This document shows, one piece after another, positions 1 through 7,272 of a stretch of DNA of 25,080 bases. The notes under the pieces are model-generated. The model saw nothing but the letters and a program-made list of their open reading frames with translations, had not been told where the DNA came from and did not search any database. A program made the position numbers and the translations under genes. The number at the start of each line of letters is the position of its first letter. Within the stretch, counting starts at the first letter, position 1. Source of the stretch: Chlamydiota bacterium (GTDB taxonomy: Bacteria > Auribacterota > Tritonobacteria > UBA1439); the NCBI GenBank assembly GCA_037133055.1, contig JBAXOY010000040.1:1-25080 (forward strand), written 5' to 3'.

Positions 1-1528
1 CCACGACCAGGCCGAAGGCGATGCGGTTGCTGGACCGGTCCATCTCCATGATGAACGTGTCGAGCCCGCGGTGCTGAAACTCGAGCTTGAGCTTCCCCTT
101 CGTCGCCTTCCGGAATATGAGCTGGAGGTCGCCGGGGAGCTCCCGCAGGAGATAGACGAGGTCGCTCGCCATGTCCTCGACCCGCTCCCTGACCCGCCTG
201 GGGCTGAAGCGCGAGAGCGCGTACTTCCGCGCGTACTCGCGGGCGACGGCGACCATGTCGAACTCCGGGTCCAGGAGCCGCCCCACGCTCTCCATCGTGA
301 CGATCGCCTTTCCGAGCAGCACGAAATCCGGCGGTACCCTGATCTGGTAGCGGGCCGCGATGTAGATCGTCTCGTTGAGGACCTGCCCAAGGTTGATGTC
401 CTTCAGCGGGCGCCCGGCGTAGCTCTCGATCATGTAGGCGAGGTCCGATCTGAACGCATCCTCGTCGATCTCCTCGTCGATGACGCGGAGCCGGAGGAGG
501 TGGCGCGCCGCACGGGCCGCGTCGAACTCCGACACCGCGAGCACCACGTGCGCGAGCTCCTCGAGGAGCTCGTCGTCCAGCCGCCCCACCATGCCGAAGT
601 CGAGCAGCGCGATCCGCCCGCCGGGGAGGATGGAGAAGTTCCCCGGGTGCGGGTCGCCGTGGAAAAAGCGGTCCTCGAACACCTGCTTGAGGAACGCCCG
701 CGCCCCCTTCAGCGCGACGCCCCGTCGGTCGACCCCAAGCTCGTCGAGCCTCTTCTCGTCGTCGATCCGCACGCCCTCGATGTCCTCCATGACGAGCACG
801 CGTCCGGTCGTGAGGGGCCAGTGGACTTCCGGGATGCGGATGTCGGGGTCATCGGCGAAGTTGCGGCGGAACCGCGCGGCGTTCCGCCCCTCCACCACAA
901 AGTCGAGCTCCCGCCCGACCGTTTTGCGGAAGAATTTCACGAGCTCGACCGGCGCGAAGGCGCGGCTCTCGGGAATGTAGCGCTCGAGGCCGTGCGCGAG
1001 CGTTTGGAGGATGTTCAGGTCGACGGCCGTCTGTTTCTGTATGCCGGGCCGCTGCACCTTGACCACGACCCGCGCGCCCGAATGCAGGACGGCTTTGTGG
1101 ACCTGCGCGATGGAGGCCGCGGCCATGGGCGACGGGTCGAACTCCTTGAACAGGTCCTGCGGGAGCCGGTGCAGCTCCTCGACGACGGTCTCCCGGACCT
1201 GGTCGAAGGGGAAGGGGGGGGCGTGGTCCTGGAGACGCGTCAGCTCCTTCACTACGTCGGGGGGAACGATGTCCGCGCGGTTGCTCAGGAGCTGGCCGAA
1301 CTTGATGAAGGTCGGCCCGAGCTCCTCGAGGGTGAGGCGCAGGCGCTCGCCGAACGTGAGCGGGCGATCCACCTGGTCCCGCTTCAGGTAGCGGCTGACG
1401 AACGGCACGTGCTCGCCGAGCCTGAGCGCGTACACGACGTAGCCGAAGCCGTGGCGGAAGAGGACCGCCATCACCTGCCGCAGGCGGGCCAGCTCGTCGC
1501 GCCGCCTGATGAGCGAATAGTATCTCAT
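1..1528 (-). CDS. ubiB: UbiB/AarF/ABC1 family atypical protein kinase (3' end outside the window)
   Basis: Not in the ORF track; translated by hand. MRYYSLIRRRDELARLRQVMAVLFRHGFG...LEELGPTFIKFGQLLS...LQD...AAASIAQVHKA...VVVKVQRPGI...ELDF...FFHGDPHPGN...LLDFGMVG are hallmark ABC1 motifs. GGGGAG lies just upstream of GTG/ATG, and the frame stays open to base 1. Confidence 0.93.
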   Translation of the reverse strand, partial: MRYYSLIRRRDELARLRQVMAVLFRHGFGYVVYALRLGEHVPFVSRYLKRDQVDRPLTFGERLRLTLEELGPTFIKFGQLLSNRADIVPPDVVKELTRLQDHAPPFPFDQVRETVVEELHRLPQDLFKEFDPSPMAAASIAQVHKAVLHSGARVVVKVQRPGIQKQTAVDLNILQTLAHGLERYIPESRAFAPVELVKFFRKTVGRELDFVVEGRNAARFRRNFADDPDIRIPEVHWPLTTGRVLVMEDIEGVRIDDEKRLDELGVDRRGVALKGARAFLKQVFEDRFFHGDPHPGNFSILPGGRIALLDFGMVGRLDDELLEELAHVVLAVSEFDAARAARHLLRLRVIDEEIDEDAFRSDLAYMIESYAGRPLKDINLGQVLNETIYIAARYQIRVPPDFVLLGKAIVTMESVGRLLDPEFDMVAVAREYARKYALSRFSPRRVRERVEDMASDLVYLLRELPGDLQLIFRKATKGKLKLEFQHRGLDTFIMEMDRSSNRIAFGLVV

Positions 1529-1555
1529 CACTCCCCGCAGGGTGCCGCGTGGACG

Positions 1556-1858
1556 CTACTTTTTCGTCTTGAGCTTCCTCTCAATGGACCGCAGGCGCTT
1601 CTCGAGCTCCTCCACCCTGTCGGTGGTGGCGAGGTGCATTGTGCCGAGCAGCGACTCGACCCCGCGCTCCACTCCCTCCTGGAGCTCCCGGCGGCGGTCC
1701 TGGGCGGTCTTCGCGAAGGACTTCATGACCTTCTCCACCTCCGCGCGGCTCATCTCGCCGCGCTTCTCAAGCTCGCCGACGGCCCGGGCAAGCGTTTCCC
1801 GGGTGAACTCCGCCGCCCCCATCCCGATGAGCAGCCCCTTCTTGAACAGCTCTTTCAT
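1556..1858 (-). CDS. Phasin-like (PHA granule-associated) small helical protein
   Basis: MKELFKKGLLIGMGAAEFTRE...ELEKRGEMS...LATTDRVEELEKRL. Strong AAGGAGG RBS before the ATG at 1858. This family is commonly found directly upstream of ubiB-like genes. Confidence 0.8.
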   Translation of the reverse strand: MKELFKKGLLIGMGAAEFTRETLARAVGELEKRGEMSRAEVEKVMKSFAKTAQDRRRELQEGVERGVESLLGTMHLATTDRVEELEKRLRSIERKLKTKK

Positions 1859-1885
1859 GCCCTGCCTCCTTCCTTTTCCATTCAA

Positions 1886-1914
1886 ATTATACTCCCTTGG
1901 AGCGCAACAGACAA
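1886..1914 (-). promoter_or_regulatory. sigma70-type promoter for phasin-ubiB
   Basis: Minus strand TTGTCT-17 nt-TATAAT. Confidence 0.7.
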
Positions 1915-1961
1915 ACCCCAAATCCAGCCCGCCCCAGGCCTTTGTCCGAAATTAGGGGTTA

Positions 1962-2107
1962 TGGGGTCAAATCTTTAATCTTGAATTTGCAGCACGACGT
2001 TTTTTCAACGAGACGGTAAATCCTGACCTATGGGCGGAGACGGAACGGGCAGATCGCAACGACATCCACTCCACTCTTGAAAATTCAAGATTAAAGATTT
2101 GACCCCA
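1962..2107. mobile_element. 146-bp MITE/REPIN-like element with perfect 27-bp terminal inverted repeats
   Basis: TGGGGTCAAATCTTTAATCTTGAATTT (1962-1988) is the exact reverse complement of AAATTCAAGATTAAAGATTTGACCCCA (2081-2107). The 92-bp interior has no convincing coding capacity. Confidence 0.8.
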
Positions 2108-2576
2108 ATTTCCCGCGCCCGAGAAGGCGGTCCATGGAGAGGGGGCAGTCGCGCGACAGGAGGACCCAGAGGGCCAGCGCCAGGAACCCGACATCCCGGA
2201 GCAGGAGGTCCAGGGCCGCGCCCGGTTTGGAGCGCGCGAAGGAGAGGCAGCCGCAGTCGAAGTCGAGCCCGCGCGCGAGGTTGAAGCCGAGGGCGACGAT
2301 GAAGACGACGAGGCTCAGCGCGATGGTCAGCGCCGCGCCCCTCCTCAGGAGCCCCGCGATCAGGAGCGCCCCCGAGACCAGCTCGACCCCGGGGAGGACG
2401 ACGGCCATGAGGTTGATCGCCCATCCCGGGAGTATCCGGTAGCCGTAGATGATCCGGCTGAACGCGACCGGGTCCTGGAGCTTGTGGATGCTCGCGTAGA
2501 CGAACAGCCCCCCGAGGAAGAGGCGGGCGGCGGTGACGCCCGCGCGGCCGATGAGGCGCCCCGTGCGGCCGCTCAT
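2091..2576 (-). CDS. MauE/DoxX family redox-associated membrane protein
   Basis: RLFLGGLFVYASIHKLQDP, LPGVEL, RGLDFDCGC motifs. ATG at 2576 overlaps the rhodanese TGA (ATGA coupling). Confidence 0.88.
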   Translation of the reverse strand: MSGRTGRLIGRAGVTAARLFLGGLFVYASIHKLQDPVAFSRIIYGYRILPGWAINLMAVVLPGVELVSGALLIAGLLRRGAALTIALSLVVFIVALGFNLARGLDFDCGCLSFARSKPGAALDLLLRDVGFLALALWVLLSRDCPLSMDRLLGRGKLGSNL

Positions 2577-3091
2577 GGGCGCCCTCCCCGCGTCACCGGG
2601 CGTCCCGCCGCCCGCCACTCGTCGATGCCGCCCGCGAAGACGCGCACCCCCTCGACCCCCGACTCGCGCAGCGCCCGGGCGAGGAGGTGGGACTCGTCGC
2701 AGTCAAGGCCCCGGCAGTAGACCACCACCGGGGCGCGCCCCTCGCACAGTTCGAGAGCCGCCTCCAGCCGCGCGGATGCCGCCTCGGCGGGAATCGAAAT
2801 CGCGCCGGGGATGTGCCCCTCCGCGTACAGCTCGGGGGGGCGGGCGTCGACCAGGAGGGCCCCGCCGGCGATCAGGCGCGCCGCGTCGCCGAGCCCGATC
2901 TCGGTGTTGCCGTAGGTCGGTGAGTGCGCGCCGCCCGCGGACGGGACCCCGTACGCCCTGGACCAGTCCCCCGCGAGCGGGATGCGCTTTGCCGAGGCGG
3001 CGTTGCTGAGAAGCCCCGCGAGGGCGCCGGCGGCGACGACCAGGGCAAGCTCCCGGACGGCGCGGCGCGCATTTTCAGCGTGTGTGCCCAT
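2573..3091 (-). CDS. Rhodanese-like domain protein with N-terminal membrane anchor
   Basis: LLVDARPPELYAEGHIPGAISIP, VVVYCRGLDCDES and FAGGIDEWRAAG are rhodanese motifs; hydrophobic N-terminus. Confidence 0.9.
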   Translation of the reverse strand: MGTHAENARRAVRELALVVAAGALAGLLSNAASAKRIPLAGDWSRAYGVPSAGGAHSPTYGNTEIGLGDAARLIAGGALLVDARPPELYAEGHIPGAISIPAEAASARLEAALELCEGRAPVVVYCRGLDCDESHLLARALRESGVEGVRVFAGGIDEWRAAGRPVTRGGRP

Positions 3092-3097
3092 GCGATA

Positions 3098-3127
3098 AGT
3101 GTATCCTCAGCCCGTCGCTCCGGACAA
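3098..3127 (-). promoter_or_regulatory. Promoter of a probably leaderless rhodanese-doxX transcript
   Basis: TTGTCC-18 nt-TACACT, then 6 nt to the ATG at 3091; no SD sequence. Confidence 0.55.
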
Positions 3128-3191
3128 GCATTTCTGTTGCCCCCCGCGCGGGCACTGTGTTACCCTCGCCGCACCATAGGAGTGCGGCGCC

Positions 3192-3326
3192 ATGAGAATC
3201 CGAAGATCCCTGTCCCTCGCCCTCGCCCTCCTCGAGTGCCTCGCCGTCCTCGGGGGATGCGCCTCCGCCAAGAGAAGGTGGGAGGATTTCACCCAGTACA
3301 TGCACGACGAGGTCGTCCGCTGGTAG
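3192..3326 (+). CDS. Small (44 aa) putative lipoprotein
   Basis: Translated by hand: MRIRRSLSLALALLECLAVLGGCASAKRRWEDFTQYMHDEVVRW*. Basic n-region, hydrophobic h-region, lipobox LGG-C, AGGAG RBS at 3178-3182, and a candidate promoter TTGCCC-18-TACCCT with extended TG (3137-3166). Confidence 0.7.
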   Translation: MRIRRSLSLALALLECLAVLGGCASAKRRWEDFTQYMHDEVVRW

Positions 3327-3337
3327 GCCCCACGTGC

Positions 3338-4378
3338 CTACCACGGGCGCGGCAGCGCCACCCAGAGGATCATCAGCACATAGACCAGCGGCACGAACCA
3401 CCGCGCGAACTTGTTCCAGCGGCTGAGATGCGGGTGGCTGAGGTTGTGAAAGGCGTTCTCGATGACGCTCACCCCCACGCCGAGCGCGATGCACCCGTAG
3501 GTGATGAGGAACACCCTGTCCACGACCGTCAGGTAGGCTATCTTGGGCATGTTGAAGCTGATGGCGAACTGCGTGGCGATGCAGGCGAGCAGGCACGAAA
3601 GGCTCACCGCCACCCGGTCGTGGAGATCGGGGATTTTGATGAAATAGATTGTGCACGACATCGTCATGATGAGGATGGTCGGGAAGAACACCCGCCAGAT
3701 GTAGAAGGCGCAGTTGCGTTCCGCGGCGATGCAGGCGTCGAACTCCGAGTAGCTTTCGTCCCACCCGGCAAGGCGCACCGGGCTGGAAGAGGCGCGCACC
3801 CCGGTCACACGGAGGTCGTCGCAGGTGTCCCCCCCCGTGAACCCGCACATCCCGCGGTCGGGGACGAACACCACCGTGTCCTTGTCATAGAGGAACGACT
3901 GGAGCCTCACCTCCATCGTCTGGCGGTCGAACGGGAACCGCGTGTAGTCGAAGCGGCTGCGGAACTGGCCGGACACCCCGAGGAAATATTCCACGACGCC
4001 GTCGGAATGGATGCTGAGCGACCGGTTCCTCATCTGCGGGCTGGCCGCGTTGAGGAACTCCACTTCGGGCCACCAGATCCCCTTCAGCGCATCCTCGGCG
4101 GCCTTTTCGATGAACACATGCTTGCGGTCCCCCTTCTTCTTCGGGGTGAACGCGAGGCGCGGGTCGCGCCACGTGAACCTGAGGTAGATGTCCGCCTCGA
4201 ACGACTCGTTCCGCTCGTTCACCGAGGCGAGGTTGAGGAGGTGAAACCCCGTGCTGATCCTGATCGGGAGCGGTTCCGGGGGCGAGAGAAGGCTGCTCGC
4301 CTCGGTCGGCGCGGCGGATGCGGCGCGGGAGAGGGCCGCGAGCGCGATGAGCGCGATCGGGATGCGGGGAGACAGCAT
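3338..4378 (-). CDS. Prokaryotic pentameric ligand-gated ion channel (GLIC/ELIC-like)
   Basis: Signal peptide, WRDPRL, IWWPEVEFLN, Pro-loop FPFDRQ, pre-M1 ERN, four hydrophobic helices, M2-M3 PKIAYLT..D. GGAGG RBS before the ATG at 4378. Confidence 0.92.
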   Translation of the reverse strand: MLSPRIPIALIALAALSRAASAAPTEASSLLSPPEPLPIRISTGFHLLNLASVNERNESFEADIYLRFTWRDPRLAFTPKKKGDRKHVFIEKAAEDALKGIWWPEVEFLNAASPQMRNRSLSIHSDGVVEYFLGVSGQFRSRFDYTRFPFDRQTMEVRLQSFLYDKDTVVFVPDRGMCGFTGGDTCDDLRVTGVRASSSPVRLAGWDESYSEFDACIAAERNCAFYIWRVFFPTILIMTMSCTIYFIKIPDLHDRVAVSLSCLLACIATQFAISFNMPKIAYLTVVDRVFLITYGCIALGVGVSVIENAFHNLSHPHLSRWNKFARWFVPLVYVLMILWVALPRPW

Positions 4379-4458
4379 GGTTTCCGGGCCTCCATTCAGG
4401 CGGCGCCGCGGCCGCGCCACTATTATTCTCATATCCGGTTGAAACACAAGCCTAAAAT

Positions 4459-5430
4459 ATGACGCTCGCCATCGGAAATCTTGCGCTGCCGTCGCGGCTC
4501 ATCCTCTCACCCCTCGCCGGGGTGAGCGATCTCCCGTTCCGCACGATCGCCCGCGAGCTCGGGTGCCGCTTCGCCTTCGCCGAGATGATAAGCGCGGGGG
4601 CCCTCGCCCGCGACAGCGACCGGACCCTCCGGATGCTCAGGACGGACCCCGCGGACACGCCGCTCGGCGTGCAACTCCTCGGGGCCGACCCCGGACACAT
4701 TGCCCGCGCGACGGAGGCGCTATGCGCGCGGGGACCCGCCCTCCTCGACTTCAACGCCGCGTGCCCGGTGCGGAAGGTCGTCCGGCGCGGCGAGGGGGCG
4801 AGCCTGCTCAAGGACCCTCCCGCGCTCGCCGCGCTGCTCCGCGCCATGGCCGCCCGCGCGACCGTCCCCGTCACGGTAAAAATCCGCGCGGGGTGGGATG
4901 CGAACTCCCCCCCGGCGCGCGAGATCGCGCTTCGGGCGCGCGACGCGGGCGTGAAGGCGGTATTCATCCACGGCAGGACGATGCGCCAGGGGTACTCCGG
5001 GACGGTGGACTACCGGGCGATCCGCGAGGTCAAGGAGGCGCTCGACATACCGGTCATCGCGAGCGGGGACGCGCTCACCCCGGCGCTCGTGAAGAGGCTG
5101 TTCGACGAGACGGGCTGCGACGGGGTCGTGATCGCCCGCGGGGCGCTGGGCAACCCGTGGATATTCAGGGAGACGGAGGAGTTTCTCGCGGGCCGGGCGG
5201 CGCCGCCGCGGCCCGGGATCGACGGTGTCGCGGACGTCATGGGACGCCACCTGGCCCTCTGCTGCGCGCACTACGGGGAGCCGCGCGGGACGACGGTGTT
5301 CAGGAAACAGTTCGCCTGGTACACCCGGGGGGTCGCGGGGACAAAGCCGCTCAGGGAGCGCGCCTTCAGGGCGGAAACCCCCGGGACGATGCGCGGGCTC
5401 ATCGGGGAGCTGCGGGCGCTTCTCGGGTAA
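4459..5430 (+). CDS. dusB: tRNA-dihydrouridine synthase, DusB/NifR3 type
   Basis: LSPLAGVSDLPFR, GVQLLG, DFNAACPVRKV, PVTVKIRAGWD, IHGRT, IARGALGNPWIF. Confidence 0.92.
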   Translation: MTLAIGNLALPSRLILSPLAGVSDLPFRTIARELGCRFAFAEMISAGALARDSDRTLRMLRTDPADTPLGVQLLGADPGHIARATEALCARGPALLDFNAACPVRKVVRRGEGASLLKDPPALAALLRAMAARATVPVTVKIRAGWDANSPPAREIALRARDAGVKAVFIHGRTMRQGYSGTVDYRAIREVKEALDIPVIASGDALTPALVKRLFDETGCDGVVIARGALGNPWIFRETEEFLAGRAAPPRPGIDGVADVMGRHLALCCAHYGEPRGTTVFRKQFAWYTRGVAGTKPLRERAFRAETPGTMRGLIGELRALLG

Positions 5431-5535
5431 CGGGTTCACCACGAAGGACACAGGAAAAACATCCGTGAGGGCGTGCGGGCGTGTCGGCGTACAATGCTTT
5501 GGCGTCCGACACGGATGAACGCGGATTTTCTTTTA

Positions 5536-5560
5536 TCCCTCCCCCTCAGGGGGGAGGGGA
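5536..5560. repeat. REP-like GC-rich hairpin, copy 1 (between convergent genes)
   Basis: TCCCTCCCCCTCAGGGGGGAGGGGA. Its reverse complement closely matches the hairpin at 17889-17911. Confidence 0.65.
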
Positions 5561-5605
5561 TTCTGCGAGCCTCTTGTCGCTTGGCCGGGACCCAGGCGGC
5601 CCGCT

Positions 5606-7225
5606 TCATTCCCCGGCGCGCCGTCCGAGCTTCGCCCTGCACCCCGCGATCCGGGCCCTGAGCATCGAGTCGTCGAGATAGGCGGGGTTGAGCCGCGACG
5701 CCTTCTCGAAGGCCTCGAGCGCCCGGGCGCAGTCGCCCTTCTTCTCCCACGCGATGCCCATGGTGATGTACCCGTTCGCGGCGTAGACGATATCCCTCGT
5801 GAGGCCCGTGGCCTTCTCGAGCTCCCGGAGCGCGTCGTCGTATCTTCCCGTGAGGAGGTAGACGTTCGCGAGGTTGTTGCGCGCCGAGGGAAAGTCCGGG
5901 CGCAGGCTGAGGGCGCGCCCGAGCTCAGCCGCGGCATCGTCATAGCGGCGCGCGCGGGCGTAGGCTATGCCGAGGTTGTTCCGGGCGTCGGGGTTTGACG
6001 GGTTTTGCGCGACGGACGACTCCCAGAGCGCGGCGCTGTCCCTCCACACGGCGCACCGCTCGAACGTGAGCGCGAAGAGGAGCGCGACGACGGCGGCGAG
6101 GCCCGCGATCCAGGCGCCCGTCCTCGGGCCGCGCGCCGCGCGCGCCCACGCGGCCCCGCAGAGGGCGCAAAGCGCCGCGCTCGGGAGGTAGAGGTAGCGG
6201 TCGGCCTTGATCACGTTCGAGGGGATGAGCTGCATGACGGGCAGGAGGCTCACGACCCCCCAGCCGACACAGAACGAGAAGAGCGGGGTGCTCCGCGCCC
6301 CCTTAACGGCAAGCGCGACGAGGAGCGCCCACGCGGCGAGCGGCAGCAGGCACCGGACGTCGAGGAACCGCGGCGGGATCATTACGAGGTAGAGGGCGTT
6401 CAGGTCGACGGGAAAGACGAGCATCCTGAGGTAGTCCCCCATCACCCGGAGCACGACGCGCGCCGTCGCCCACGGGCTTCCGCCATGCCAGGGGAGACGG
6501 GTCTCGTTCTGCGGATCGATGAAGACCGCCGCGAGGACGGTGAGCGCGATGGGGACCGCGAACGGGAGCAGGCGCCTGAGCGCGCGCGGGAGGGGTTTCC
6601 GGCAGAGCAGCGACTCGTACAGGATCAGGGCGAGCGGGAGCGTGATCATGAGCGGCTTCGCCCAGACAGCGCCGAGGTAGAGGAGCGCGCTCAGCCAGAC
6701 AAAACCCCGACCCTCATCCTCTCCGTCCTGCGCGGGGCCGGAGGGCGCATTTACATGCGCCCTCCGGGGGCGGATATACGCGAGAAACGCGGCGAGGTAG
6801 CAGGCCATCGCCGCGCCGTCTTTCCGGCTCGAGAGCCACGCGACCGATTCGACGTGCAGCGGGTGCGCGGCGAAGAGCGCGGCGGCGGCGCACGCGGCCC
6901 GCGCATCCCCCGTGATCCGCTCCGCGAGGAGGAAGAAGGTCGCGACGATGAGCGCGTAGAGGAGCAGGTCGGTCACGTGGTAGCCGACCGGGTTCAGGCC
7001 CCAGAAAAAATAGTCCACGCAGTGCGTGAAGACCGTGAGCGGCGGATAGCTCAGGTGAAAGGAGCGCAGGAGCGGCAGCGGGCCGAGGGAGCGGATCGCG
7101 GTGTTTTTGACGATCAGGTGCTCGTCGTCCCAGTTCGTGAACCGGTTCCCGGGGACGCCCGCGTAGGCGGCCAGGGAAAGGAGGATGAGGCCGGCGACGA
7201 TGAGGCGACGCGCGCGGGGGGTCAT
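5606..7225 (-). CDS. TMTC-like GT-C fold membrane glycosyltransferase with C-terminal TPR repeats
   Basis: First-loop WDD, HPLHVESVAWLSSRKD, ADRYLYLPS, many TM helices, then TPRs (ARNNLGIAY, ARNNLANVY). Start taken as the ATG at 7225. Confidence 0.88.
   Translation of the reverse strand: MTPRARRLIVAGLILLSLAAYAGVPGNRFTNWDDEHLIVKNTAIRSLGPLPLLRSFHLSYPPLTVFTHCVDYFFWGLNPVGYHVTDLLLYALIVATFFLLAERITGDARAACAAAALFAAHPLHVESVAWLSSRKDGAAMACYLAAFLAYIRPRRAHVNAPSGPAQDGEDEGRGFVWLSALLYLGAVWAKPLMITLPLALILYESLLCRKPLPRALRRLLPFAVPIALTVLAAVFIDPQNETRLPWHGGSPWATARVVLRVMGDYLRMLVFPVDLNALYLVMIPPRFLDVRCLLPLAAWALLVALAVKGARSTPLFSFCVGWGVVSLLPVMQLIPSNVIKADRYLYLPSAALCALCGAAWARAARGPRTGAWIAGLAAVVALLFALTFERCAVWRDSAALWESSVAQNPSNPDARNNLGIAYARARRYDDAAAELGRALSLRPDFPSARNNLANVYLLTGRYDDALRELEKATGLTRDIVYAANGYITMGIAWEKKGDCARALEAFEKASRLNPAYLDDSMLRARIAGCRAKLGRRAGE
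6738..6767. repeat. Perfect 13-bp palindrome (REP-like) inside the GT-C gene
   Basis: CCGGAGGGCGCAT-TTAC-ATGCGCCCTCCGG. Confidence 0.75.
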
Positions 7226-7272
7226 AGCGAGCTCACTGTACAAGAATTATGGCCGGATGTGCAAATGGTATA

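Noticed and set aside
71..1978. 635-aa plus-strand ORF
   Set aside because: Antisense shadow of ubiB and the phasin gene; no motifs, and typical of high-GC DNA.
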